Assembly: GCA_024224415.1 (NCBI GenBank)
Contig: JAAENK010000156.1
Coordinates: 1-45,743 of the forward strand
DNA length: 45,743 bases
Direction of reading: 5' to 3'
From: Gammaproteobacteria bacterium
GTDB taxonomy: Bacteria; Pseudomonadota; Gammaproteobacteria; GCA-001735895
Made by a program: the position numbers and the translations under genes. Below, piece by piece: positions 28,005 through 37,153 of the stretch. The notes under the pieces are model-generated. The model saw only the letters and a program-made list of their open reading frames with translations, did not search any database and was not told the origin of the DNA. Every line of letters begins with the position of its first letter. The first letter of the stretch is position 1.

Positions 28005-30809
28005 ATGAAACACATTTTGACAACGCAATTACTAACGTCAGAAGACCAATACCTGTGGCAGCAGCTTGAATCCAGTCTCGAAAAGAATGATTTTAGGACC
28101 CAGGTAGCGCAGCTTGTTATTGCCTCCTCCTATGCACTGAAACAACTTATCCATACTCCAGAGCTGTTAAATGGCCTGCAAACACTCACCGAATTCAAGC
28201 TTGATGATTTCCCGGAAACAACAAGTAACCAGCAAGCAGTGGATCTGATTCAGGTCAAGCAATTACTCAGGCAATACCGGCATCGCAAACTGGTGGAAAT
28301 CATTTATCTCGACATAGTTAAACAAACACCCTTGCCCCTAGTCCTGCAACACCTCAGCGACCTCGCCGACCTACTCATAGCAAAGGCCCTCGAAGCCTGT
28401 GAAAAACAGCTGATCGACAAACACGGTCAACCACTCGATGCCGATGGTGAGCCGATGCATTTGAATATTATTGCGATGGGTAAACTCGGTGGTCGGGAGC
28501 TTAATTTTTCCTCCGATATCGACCTGATCTGCTGCTACGCCAATGATGGAGATCTTGGGGGATTTGGTCACCTTCCCTATCAGGAATTTTTTACCCGCGT
28601 GGTTAAGTCAGTTGCCAAATGTCTAGGCGAAAACACTGAAGACGGTTTTGTCTATCGTGTCGATTTGCGCCTGAGGCCATGGGGTGACTCCGGCCCTGTG
28701 GTGCTGAGCCATGCTGCGCTGGAACATTATTATCAGTTGCACGGTCGAGAATGGGAACAGTATGCGATGGTAAAAGCGCGCGTGTTAACCGGCAGCGAGT
28801 CGGACCGTAATTACCTGACCTCTATTTTCAAGCCCTTTGTCTATCGTAAATATCACGATTATCGTGTCTTCGAGGGCCTGGCGACGCTGAAGGACAAGAT
28901 TAACAGACAGGCCCAGGCACGCGGTATGCGTGACAATATCAAGCTAGGCCCCGGGGGCATTCGCGAAATAGAATTTTTTGTCCAGGCCTTTCAGATACTA
29001 AAAGGTGGGCGCAACAACCAGTTGCAATCTCCTCAAATATTTCATTGCCTGGACATTCTGCAAGCGCAACAGGTTATCGATATTGAAACCGTTAAAGACT
29101 TGCGTAATGCCTATGTTTACCTGCGCATACTGGAGAATCGCATCCAGATGCTTGGCGATGAGCAAACGCATAGCTTTCCGTCAGATGATATGTCTCGACA
29201 AAGAATCGCCAGCGCCATGGGTGAAGAAAGCTGGACAATTGTTGAACAAATCCAGCAACGGTATCGACAAACTATCAGTACACATTTTACCGATTTATTC
29301 AAACGCAACGAACAACCCGAGCAACAACACTTGGTCAGCGATGACAGTACTCAGCAGGAGCTGCTCGAATTTCTGCATACTCACGGTATCGACGCCGCAG
29401 AATCCATACAGCAACGCTTGCAGGCTTTTTTCCAGTCCAAGTCCTGGCATTTCATGTCGGCCAAAGCAAAGCAGCGATTTGGTACACTATTGCCCAGGCT
29501 GTTGGTCGAAGTCGCCAGAAGCAAACAACAAATCATCCTGTTTGAGCGGCTACTCAAATTATTTTCCAGCATCGCCGGTCGCAGCGTCTACTTTGAATTG
29601 TTAAACCAGAATGATTTATTGCTGGTCAAACTTACCGATTTATTCGACAAGAGTGAATGGATTGCCGACGAAGTCAGCCAGTATCCGATGCTACTCGAAC
29701 AGTTGATCCAGACCGGTGACCTGAGTAATCGATTCGACCGTAAAACTCTGGTAGCCAGTCTCAAACTACAGCTCAACAATGTCGTGGATGACGATGAACT
29801 GGAACTCGATGTCCTGCGATTGTTCAAACGCGAGCAGACCATTGTGATAGCGACCGCCGAACTCGCCGAGGAAATCAGCACAACCAAGGTCAGCCTATAT
29901 TTATCGGAGCTGGCGGAAATTCTGCTCGAAGCTGTATACCGACTCGCCAGCAAGACACTGCAGGATAAGTATGGCCTACCCCAATACAGCTCCGATGGAA
30001 CCACGCAAATCGCGGAAATGTCGATAATCGGTTATGGCAAACTTGGCGGTAACGAAATGCACTATCAATCAGACCTGGATGTCATTTTCCTGCATAACTC
30101 CTGCGGTGAAAAACAGCAAACCAGCGGTGAGAAATTGATAGATAATACTTATTACTTTTCTCGGCTGGCGCAAAAAATAATTTCCATGACTAGCGTCCTG
30201 ACCGGTTCTGGCAAGCTTTACGAAATTGACTCGCGCCTGCGCCCCGAAGGCAATTCTGGTCTACTGGTATCGTCGACCCAGGCCTATTTAAAATATCAGC
30301 TTGAAAAAGCCTGGACCTGGGAACACCAGGCGCTGGTGCGGGCACGCCCCGTAGCCGGATCCAGCTTACTCGGGGCCAACTTCGAGGACATGCGGCGAAC
30401 CATTTTGAGCCTGGCCAGGGACGAGGCAACACTAGGACAGGACGTGTTAGCAATGCGTGAGAAAATGTATCATGCCAAACAGCCATCCGAAGGTGAATTC
30501 AGGAATCTGAAACATTCCCACGGTTGCATGATCGACATTGAGTTTATGGTGCAGTACTGGGTGCTGTTACATGCAAATAAAAATGGCTCAATTTGTTCAT
30601 ATTCTGATAATATTCGTCTGCTTAACGAATTAATTCGGCTAGAATTAATATCCAGCTCATATTCGCAACTGATTGATAATTACCTTATTTATCATCGCTG
30701 GTTACATGAAACCGTGTTACAGAATAAACCTGCCGAAATTGCAACTGAAGCAATTGAAGCAGAGGTCACTCAGGTAATAGAATGCTGGAAAGAGTGTTTC
30801 AATATATAA
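28005..30809 (+). CDS. glnE: Bifunctional glutamine synthetase adenylyltransferase/deadenylase
   Basis: Two nucleotidyltransferase motifs (MGKLGGRELNFSSDIDL; YGKLGGNEMHYQSDLDV), RVDLRLRP, WTWEHQAL. Start uncertain (27987 or 28005). Confidence 0.95.
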   Translation: MKHILTTQLLTSEDQYLWQQLESSLEKNDFRTQVAQLVIASSYALKQLIHTPELLNGLQTLTEFKLDDFPETTSNQQAVDLIQVKQLLRQYRHRKLVEIIYLDIVKQTPLPLVLQHLSDLADLLIAKALEACEKQLIDKHGQPLDADGEPMHLNIIAMGKLGGRELNFSSDIDLICCYANDGDLGGFGHLPYQEFFTRVVKSVAKCLGENTEDGFVYRVDLRLRPWGDSGPVVLSHAALEHYYQLHGREWEQYAMVKARVLTGSESDRNYLTSIFKPFVYRKYHDYRVFEGLATLKDKINRQAQARGMRDNIKLGPGGIREIEFFVQAFQILKGGRNNQLQSPQIFHCLDILQAQQVIDIETVKDLRNAYVYLRILENRIQMLGDEQTHSFPSDDMSRQRIASAMGEESWTIVEQIQQRYRQTISTHFTDLFKRNEQPEQQHLVSDDSTQQELLEFLHTHGIDAAESIQQRLQAFFQSKSWHFMSAKAKQRFGTLLPRLLVEVARSKQQIILFERLLKLFSSIAGRSVYFELLNQNDLLLVKLTDLFDKSEWIADEVSQYPMLLEQLIQTGDLSNRFDRKTLVASLKLQLNNVVDDDELELDVLRLFKREQTIVIATAELAEEISTTKVSLYLSELAEILLEAVYRLASKTLQDKYGLPQYSSDGTTQIAEMSIIGYGKLGGNEMHYQSDLDVIFLHNSCGEKQQTSGEKLIDNTYYFSRLAQKIISMTSVLTGSGKLYEIDSRLRPEGNSGLLVSSTQAYLKYQLEKAWTWEHQALVRARPVAGSSLLGANFEDMRRTILSLARDEATLGQDVLAMREKMYHAKQPSEGEFRNLKHSHGCMIDIEFMVQYWVLLHANKNGSICSYSDNIRLLNELIRLELISSSYSQLIDNYLIYHRWLHETVLQNKPAEIATEAIEAEVTQVIECWKECFNI

Positions 30810-30826
30810 CCCGGGAGTAAAACACA

Positions 30827-31750
30827 ATGTCGATGGCCGATCGTGATGGTCTAATCTGGTTTGATGGTGAAATGGTTGCCTGGCGTGACGCTACTGTACA
30901 TGTCTTAACCCACACCCTGCACTATGGCATGGGCTGTTTCGAAGGTGTGCGCGCTTACCATGCAGACCAGGGCACCGCCATTTTTGCCCTCGAGGATCAT
31001 ACCAATCGCTTACTCGACTCCTGCAAAATTCTCGGCATGAAAAACCCCTACAGCGCCGAGCAGTTAAACGAAGCACAAATTGCAGCTATTCGTGAAAATA
31101 ATCTCGACAGCGCCTATATGCGTCCGATGTGTTTTTATGGCTCTGAAGGCATGGGGTTACGTGCAGACAAACTCAAAGTCCACTGCATTATCGCCGCCTG
31201 GGAATGGGGCGCCTATCTGGGACAGGAAGCTCTGCAAAAAGGTATACGTATAAAAACTTCATCCTTCACTCGCCATCACGTCAATATCGCGGTGACAAAA
31301 GCCAAGGCCAACGGGCAATATATCAATTCAATGATGGCGCTTAGTGAAGCTATTACCGATGGCTACGACGAGGCGCTACTGCTCGACCCTGAAGGTTATG
31401 TCGCAGAAGGTAGCGGCGAAAATATATTCGTTATTAAAGACGGCGTCATTTACACGCCGGAAGTTACTTCGGCTTTAAATGGCATAACCCGCAAAACACT
31501 TTTCATGCTGGCCAGGGACGCTGGTTACGACATCGTTGAAAAGCGTATAACCCGCGATGAAGTCTACATTGCCGACGAAGCATTTTTCACCGGCACCGCG
31601 GCGGAAGTCACTCCTATCGCCGAACTCGACAACCGCAATATCGGCTGCGGTTCACGCGGGCCGATTACCGAGCGCCTGCAAACCGACTATTTCGACCTGG
31701 TGCATGGCCGCAACGAAAAACATCTCAACTTATTAACTTTCATCAAATAG
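30827..31750 (+). CDS. ilvE: Branched-chain amino acid aminotransferase
   Basis: HTLHYGMGCFEGVRAY, KAKANGQY, EGSGENIF, FTGTAAEVTPI. Confidence 0.96.
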   Translation: MSMADRDGLIWFDGEMVAWRDATVHVLTHTLHYGMGCFEGVRAYHADQGTAIFALEDHTNRLLDSCKILGMKNPYSAEQLNEAQIAAIRENNLDSAYMRPMCFYGSEGMGLRADKLKVHCIIAAWEWGAYLGQEALQKGIRIKTSSFTRHHVNIAVTKAKANGQYINSMMALSEAITDGYDEALLLDPEGYVAEGSGENIFVIKDGVIYTPEVTSALNGITRKTLFMLARDAGYDIVEKRITRDEVYIADEAFFTGTAAEVTPIAELDNRNIGCGSRGPITERLQTDYFDLVHGRNEKHLNLLTFIK

Positions 31751-31757
31751 GGATAAC

Positions 31758-31970
31758 ATGGTCAATCCAGATACAGCCGCTCATCAAAGCGATTACGCCC
31801 AGCCAAATACAAAAACCGCAATCGAAGTCAAAGCCAACGAGCTGCCCATCCACTGCCCGCTTCCAGGCTCCAGCCTGTGGAACTCACACCCTCGTGTTTA
31901 TATTCCAGTACAGGAAAATGGCGGGGAAGCAAAATGCTCGTATTGTGGTACGATATTTAAGTTACTTTAG
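31758..31970 (+). CDS. zf-CHCC zinc-finger protein
   Basis: LPIHCP...WNSHPRVY...CSYCG. Confidence 0.88.
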   Translation: MVNPDTAAHQSDYAQPNTKTAIEVKANELPIHCPLPGSSLWNSHPRVYIPVQENGGEAKCSYCGTIFKLL

Positions 31971-31976
31971 TTCAAG

Positions 31977-32459
31977 GTGATTTCGATGACAAAACCCAGG
32001 CACTTATTCCCTCCGCTATTGGCGAAACCACTCGTATTGATCCCTGGGCGGTTGCATGCCACGCTGATCTCAACTGCACTGAATAAGTTGTTTGCCGAAC
32101 AGATTAGCGATGGTGAGCTTGAGTTTATGGATGGACGATGTCTACAGGTCGAAGTGGTGGATGCAGGTATACGATTCATGCTGTCCTTTGATGGAAGGCG
32201 CTTATTCGCAGCAAATACAACTCTTTCTCCAGATCTAATATTTCGCGGTAATGTCTATGATTTTTTGCTATTGGCTGCTCGCAAAGAAGACAGCGATACA
32301 CTGTTTTTTCAGCGGCGTCTAAAAATTGAAGGCGACACGGATATGGGATTGGCCATCAAGAATTTTCTTGACGCCATTGAGATCGAATCACTACCCTATC
32401 ATCGTTTCACGGATCATTTTTTTAGTCATGGCCTGTCCCTGTATGAGCGGGTGACTTGA
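31977..32459 (+). CDS. ubiT: SCP2-domain anaerobic ubiquinone biosynthesis accessory factor
   Basis: DGELEFMDGR, AARKEDSDTLFFQRRLKIEGDTDMGL..KN; adjacent to ubiUV. Confidence 0.88.
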   Translation: MISMTKPRHLFPPLLAKPLVLIPGRLHATLISTALNKLFAEQISDGELEFMDGRCLQVEVVDAGIRFMLSFDGRRLFAANTTLSPDLIFRGNVYDFLLLAARKEDSDTLFFQRRLKIEGDTDMGLAIKNFLDAIEIESLPYHRFTDHFFSHGLSLYERVT

Positions 32460-33357
32460 TACAATTTTCCATACCGGCATCACCATTCCAGTAACCATTA
32501 CATGCCATGTCGGGCATCCACTCTTCTAGCTCGGAATTGAAACGATCAGCAGATTGCGGCTGTTTTAGTACCGACGAAAAACGCTCAATAATATCGATAG
32601 TATGCTCAGACTGTGGACTGATACGTAATACATCGACACCCAGCTCTACAAACTGATCCATCTCACCCAGCAGATTTACGGTTCGTGCCGACTGTGTCTG
32701 AATGCCATTAATACACAGGAATGCCTCGTCTTCCCGCGTTGATAGTAATAGGCCATCGGGATATTTTTGGCAGCAAAACTGGCAGTCATCTTTTTGTAAA
32801 TTTTCGGCACGGGCGCTAAAGCAACGGGCCGAGTAGGCCAATGGCAACCGTCCCCAGGCAAATATTTCGGTTTCAATGATGTCTGGACGGTTGCGCTGGA
32901 ACTCAGCCAGTTCGGTGACTGAGAGTTCAACCGGTAGCGTCCATCGAATTAAGCCTTTTTCTCCAAGTTTTTGCAGGCTGCGACTATTGTAGATATTGAC
33001 CGATGGGCCGCTAACGAAAGGTTTACCAAGCTCGTGCAGAATCTGCACAGTGGCGATATCATTAGCCTCAATTAGAAAAGGGCTATGTGAACAGGTCTTT
33101 TTCAGTGCACTCAGTTCAGATGCAGCCTCAAGTAGTGTCAGGGTGGAGAGGATTACCGTTTTGCCCTGCTCCTGCATTTGTTCACCGATACGCATCCAGT
33201 CATCATTTCGCATAATACGGCGTTTGGAGCAGACAACTTCGCCAAGGTAGACAATGTCGACATCAGTTTTAGCTACCTGATGATAGAAATCCTCGATTTT
33301 TTGCTTCGACCAATAATATTGAATTGGCCCGAGGGCTAGCTGAGGCATCTTTTTCAT
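32422..33357 (-). CDS. ubiV: U32-family O2-independent ubiquinone hydroxylase subunit
   Basis: LGPIQYYW, VYLGEVVCSKR, LPLAYSARCF, DDCQFCC, INGIQTQS. ATG at 33357, immediately after the ubiU stop. Confidence 0.93.
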   Translation of the reverse strand: MKKMPQLALGPIQYYWSKQKIEDFYHQVAKTDVDIVYLGEVVCSKRRIMRNDDWMRIGEQMQEQGKTVILSTLTLLEAASELSALKKTCSHSPFLIEANDIATVQILHELGKPFVSGPSVNIYNSRSLQKLGEKGLIRWTLPVELSVTELAEFQRNRPDIIETEIFAWGRLPLAYSARCFSARAENLQKDDCQFCCQKYPDGLLLSTREDEAFLCINGIQTQSARTVNLLGEMDQFVELGVDVLRISPQSEHTIDIIERFSSVLKQPQSADRFNSELEEWMPDMACNGYWNGDAGMENCIKSPAHTGTGHD

Positions 33358-33358
33358 A

Positions 33359-34354
33359 TTATTGCCATGGCCTGGCATAGGCTCCAAGTGTGGATTGTGC
33401 ACCCTCGGAAACCTTCTGCAGTGCATTCATCCATTCGGCATCTGGCATGAAATTTTCGGGGTCGCGTTTGCTTGCATCAATTGCGGCACGCAAAACCTGG
33501 GTTACCTGCTTGACATAGGTAGGGCTGCGCTGACGGCCTTCTACTTTCAAGGCACCGACACCTATGCGCATCAATTCTGGTAACAATGACAATGTATTCA
33601 GGCTAGTTGGTTCTTCAATGGCATATCCGATTTTATTTTCAACCTGAAAACGCCCTTTGCACAAGGTAGGGTATCCCGCATTTTCCCCCTCCTCATAACG
33701 ATCAATCAATACGCCGTTAAGTCTCGACTCCAGACCCTGATCCGTTTCTTTCCAGCGAACTGCACTACCGGGTGAGCAGGCGCCGAAAGTATTAGGTGAT
33801 TGACCAGTAGCATAGGATGATAGCAGGCAACGTCCCTCCACCATCACGCACAGGCTGCCGAAACCGAACACTTCAATATCAACTGGGCTCTCCTTAATTA
33901 CCTGCTCAACCTGCTTAACCGACAGAACGCGCGGTAGTACCGCACGCTGAATGCCAAAATTTTCGTGGTAGAAGCGCAATGAAGCCGCATTGGTCGCAGA
34001 TGCCTGCACTGAGAGGTGGAGACGTAAATCAGGCCAGCGCTCCGAGGCATAATCGAGGAGGCCGATATCGGCGAGTATCAGTGCATCTACGCCTAAATGC
34101 GCAGCTTTGTCCACTGCCTGTTTCCAGCGCTCAAAGCCAGTTACCTGTGGGTAGGTATTAATGGCGGCAAAGATTTTCCTACCTTGTTGATGCGCGTACG
34201 AGACGCCCTCGTTGGCTTTTTTATCGTTAAAGTTCAAGCCTGCAAAGTGACGTGCATTGGTATCATCCTGAAACCCGATATAGACCGCATCGGCGCCATT
34301 ATCGATAGCGGCCTTCAAAGACGGCAGATTACCTGCCGGGCAAATCAACTCCAT
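33359..34354 (-). CDS. ubiU: U32-family O2-independent ubiquinone hydroxylase subunit
   Basis: MELICPAGNLPSLKAA, TNARHFAGLNF, LCVMVEGRC, GACSP, YPTLCKGRF, KVEGRQRS, C-terminal RPWQ. Confidence 0.95.
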   Translation of the reverse strand: MELICPAGNLPSLKAAIDNGADAVYIGFQDDTNARHFAGLNFNDKKANEGVSYAHQQGRKIFAAINTYPQVTGFERWKQAVDKAAHLGVDALILADIGLLDYASERWPDLRLHLSVQASATNAASLRFYHENFGIQRAVLPRVLSVKQVEQVIKESPVDIEVFGFGSLCVMVEGRCLLSSYATGQSPNTFGACSPGSAVRWKETDQGLESRLNGVLIDRYEEGENAGYPTLCKGRFQVENKIGYAIEEPTSLNTLSLLPELMRIGVGALKVEGRQRSPTYVKQVTQVLRAAIDASKRDPENFMPDAEWMNALQKVSEGAQSTLGAYARPWQ

Positions 34355-34387
34355 ATAAAATTCCTGCTTTGCATGAGTAAAGCGGCC

Positions 34388-34428
34388 ATTATCACTCTGA
34401 TTCGGTTGAGTGCAATAACCTTTATCAA
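34388..34428 (-). promoter_or_regulatory. ubiU promoter with candidate FNR/ANR site
   Basis: The minus strand reads TTGAT-aaag-GTTAT (one perfect half-site) abutting TTGCAC-N16-GATAAT. Confidence 0.45.
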
Positions 34429-34461
34429 TAGAATTTTATCATCAGGTTATTACTATGCGAG

Positions 34462-35346
34462 CTAGCCCGTTACTATCCGGTCAAAGTATCGCAAACGATA
34501 TAGCAGCCGTGGCGCTTCGGGATCATCGTTGAATCCCGAACGATCGTGTAAAACATTGTTACTGATCAAACCTTGTCCTGGCTGCAGAGTGGCACGGTAA
34601 ATATATGGTGAACCTGAATTCAGTATCTCATTCAGCGCTGTAACTGCCTGCTGTGTGAGACTGTCTTCACGCCAAATGACATGACGTTTGCGCGCCGTAT
34701 AACGCATATGTAAAACACCACCATCCCCCACCATAAAAACCGGCCCACGGCGGTCGGGTCGATTAACTTTTTCATCAACACGATTCTCCGGGATGATCAT
34801 TGCTTCTTCGTGCATCAAGGCGGCGACCAATGCAGGATCCCGATCACGTAGCAGAATATACGCAATCTCATGATCCATCAGTGCATTTTCTCCACCTTCA
34901 GCCGCAGCTCGAACACAATGTAACTGGAGGCCATAGATCTGTCGCGAAAGCTCATTGTAATACCCGTCGGTATGCCAGTGAATCGGGCGATTGGTATAAG
35001 GGATATAGTGTTTGTGCCAGTGGTCGTTTTTGACCTCCAGCGATGTGATTCCATCACTATCGGCACCGGTATTATTATCCAGAAATGCCAACCCAAATTG
35101 TGCTCCCAGTTGAAGGGGAACTGTTTTGTCTGGATCGTTTCCACTTGACCCAGAAAATATGACCATATTGGATTTGTGTATGCGCCACATCATGGCTTCA
35201 CGTTCAGCTAGACTGAGTTGAGCAGGGTCGTTGATCTCAACAATCAGTTGCTCAATATTGGTTGGATAATCCAGCAGTTTCTGTTCGCGCCATTGCTGAT
35301 AAGCGAGTTCGTTGTCCAGATCAAATTGTGGTTGTAATTGTTTCAA
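34462..35346 (-). CDS. TauD/TfdA-family Fe(II)/2-oxoglutarate dioxygenase-like protein
   Basis: HWHTDG (HxD), C..AAEGGEN, NNVLHDR (distal His), RLLYR.R. TTG start uncertain. Confidence 0.85.
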   Translation of the reverse strand: MKQLQPQFDLDNELAYQQWREQKLLDYPTNIEQLIVEINDPAQLSLAEREAMMWRIHKSNMVIFSGSSGNDPDKTVPLQLGAQFGLAFLDNNTGADSDGITSLEVKNDHWHKHYIPYTNRPIHWHTDGYYNELSRQIYGLQLHCVRAAAEGGENALMDHEIAYILLRDRDPALVAALMHEEAMIIPENRVDEKVNRPDRRGPVFMVGDGGVLHMRYTARKRHVIWREDSLTQQAVTALNEILNSGSPYIYRATLQPGQGLISNNVLHDRSGFNDDPEAPRLLYRLRYFDRIVTG

Positions 35347-35378
35347 AAAGCTTTAACTACATTCAGTTATACGTATTT

Positions 35379-36407
35379 TTAACTGACGTTTATCCAATGT
35401 CCATTGCTCTTCGGGGCTATTTCCCCTATCTCATAGGCATGAGGAGCCACCCTGAGAAATTCCTCTACTGCATCCGGCATTACGGCTACCAGTAATCCCC
35501 CACTGGTTTGTGGATCACATAAAATCTGTTGCTGCTGCTCGGTGAGCTCAGATACATGCTGCCCATAGCTAGTAAAGTTGCGTTGACCTCCTCCTGGAAT
35601 ACAACCCAGCTTGCGATATTTTTCGACTGCAGGGTCCAATAGAGGAACTTGTTCAAAATTGAGCTGGGCTGCCACATTACTACCCTGGCAGATTTCCAGA
35701 AGGTGTCCCAGCAAACCAAAGCCGGTGACATCGGTCATCGCTGTAACAGCAGCTAATTGTCCCAACTGCTCACCAATGGTATTTAGCTTACTCATGCTAT
35801 TGATGGCGACATCGCTGTGCTCAGGTTTGAGTACTTTTTGTTTTTGGGCCGTGCTCAAAATACCCACACCCAGGGCTTTGGTTAAATAGAGAATACTGCC
35901 CACTTTAGCCTGATTGTTTTGCTTCAAATTTGCAATCTTTACCCTGCCAGTAGCAGCGAGGCCAAAAATAGGTTCGGGTGCATCAATGCTATGCCCACCG
36001 GCTAGAATTATCCCGGCATCTTTACAGGCCTGGCGTCCACCATCGACTACCCTTCCGGCAACATCCGCACCCAGCTTTGAAATGGGCCAACCCAATATAG
36101 CAATCGCCATCATTGGAGACGCACCCATTGCGTAAATGTCACTTAAAGCATTGGTCGCTGCTATCTGTCCAAAAGTAAACGGGTCATCAACAATTGGCAT
36201 GAAAAAGTCTGTGGTACTGACAATTGCTTCGCCATTACCAATATCATAAACAGCAGCATCATCCTTTGATTCATTACCTACCAGTAAATGCTTGTCCATG
36301 GAAAATTCTACCTGACCATGAAGAATGCTTTCCAGTATTGAGGGTGCAATTTTACAACCACAGCCTGCCCCATGGCTATACTCGGTTAATTTGACCTGAG
36401 AAGTCAT
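35379..36407 (-). CDS. selD: Selenide, water dikinase (Cys-type)
   Basis: [53 protein letters not shown]. Confidence 0.97.
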   Translation of the reverse strand: MTSQVKLTEYSHGAGCGCKIAPSILESILHGQVEFSMDKHLLVGNESKDDAAVYDIGNGEAIVSTTDFFMPIVDDPFTFGQIAATNALSDIYAMGASPMMAIAILGWPISKLGADVAGRVVDGGRQACKDAGIILAGGHSIDAPEPIFGLAATGRVKIANLKQNNQAKVGSILYLTKALGVGILSTAQKQKVLKPEHSDVAINSMSKLNTIGEQLGQLAAVTAMTDVTGFGLLGHLLEICQGSNVAAQLNFEQVPLLDPAVEKYRKLGCIPGGGQRNFTSYGQHVSELTEQQQQILCDPQTSGGLLVAVMPDAVEEFLRVAPHAYEIGEIAPKSNGHWINVS

Positions 36408-36478
36408 ATGTTAGTAATTCAGATATAAAATAATGAACAGGATACGAGCATAACTACTACCATCATGGAAAGATAGCT

Positions 36479-36973
36479 TCATGCAATAGCCAATCGCAAC
36501 TCCGCCATCTGATTCGGGCTATTCTCAAAACCCCGTGCCTGGAAATTTATAGTCATCAACATACCCAGGCGGTTTTCTAAGATTGATGCGGCCAGGGGCT
36601 TTTGCAAATAATCACTGGCGCCCGCTTCGAAGGCCTCGTTGATGGTCAACGCGTAAGAGGTGCCTGACATCACTACTACCGGAATGTTATAAGTACCTGC
36701 ATGACTGGATATGAACTGGCAACCCTCAATGCCGTTGCCGTCTGGCAGGTTAATATCCATCAACACAAGGTCAAATGCTGGTACGCCGAATTCGTCTGGG
36801 CAATGATAATTCATTTCATGCATGCCTTCGGCAAGACTACTGGCCAGGGTAACCGAACCTACTCCGAGCTTGTCAAGCATCGCCGCAGTCAGACGTTGAA
36901 ATGATTCTGAATCATCAATCAAAAGTACACGACTGCCGACCAGGGCTTTTGACATTTTTTCAATCGGTAACAT
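36479..36973 (-). CDS. Stand-alone response regulator receiver protein
   Basis: VLLIDDS...LMDINLPDGNG...VMSG...YLQKP; short tail and no recognisable output domain. Confidence 0.85.
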   Translation of the reverse strand: MLPIEKMSKALVGSRVLLIDDSESFQRLTAAMLDKLGVGSVTLASSLAEGMHEMNYHCPDEFGVPAFDLVLMDINLPDGNGIEGCQFISSHAGTYNIPVVVMSGTSYALTINEAFEAGASDYLQKPLAASILENRLGMLMTINFQARGFENSPNQMAELRLAIA

Positions 36974-37009
36974 TTCTTATACCCCATAAAATTTTGATAT
37001 TTGTACTGA

Positions 37010-37037
37010 AGCAATAACCAGGCCAATCAAAGAATTG
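37010..37037 (-). promoter_or_regulatory. Sigma54 -24/-12 promoter with adjacent IHF site
   Basis: The minus strand reads TTGGCCTG-GTTA-TTGCT (GG-N10-GC). Plus strand 37025-37037 AATCAA-AGAA-TTG matches WATCAANNNNTTR. Confidence 0.6.
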
Positions 37038-37107
37038 CTTGCACCCCCCAGCGAATGGATGATTTTTTTTGCATTATGCAACGCGAAATGAAAAAACAAC
37101 CATGCAT

Positions 37108-37133
37108 AAAAAAAGGAGCCGAAGCTCCTTTTT
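37108..37133 (-). terminator. Intrinsic terminator after pnp (potentially bidirectional)
   Basis: AAAAAAAGGAGC-CGAA-GCTCCTTTTT hairpin flanked by A and T tracts. Confidence 0.9.
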
Positions 37134-37153
37134 CTTAATACTTACAGCCTTTG

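Noticed and set aside
35379-36407. Possible selenocysteine (UGA) recoding in selD or the neighbouring redox genes
   Set aside because: SelD has Cys in GCGCK and the glutaredoxin has CGYC. I saw no in-frame TGA interrupting a recognisable protein.
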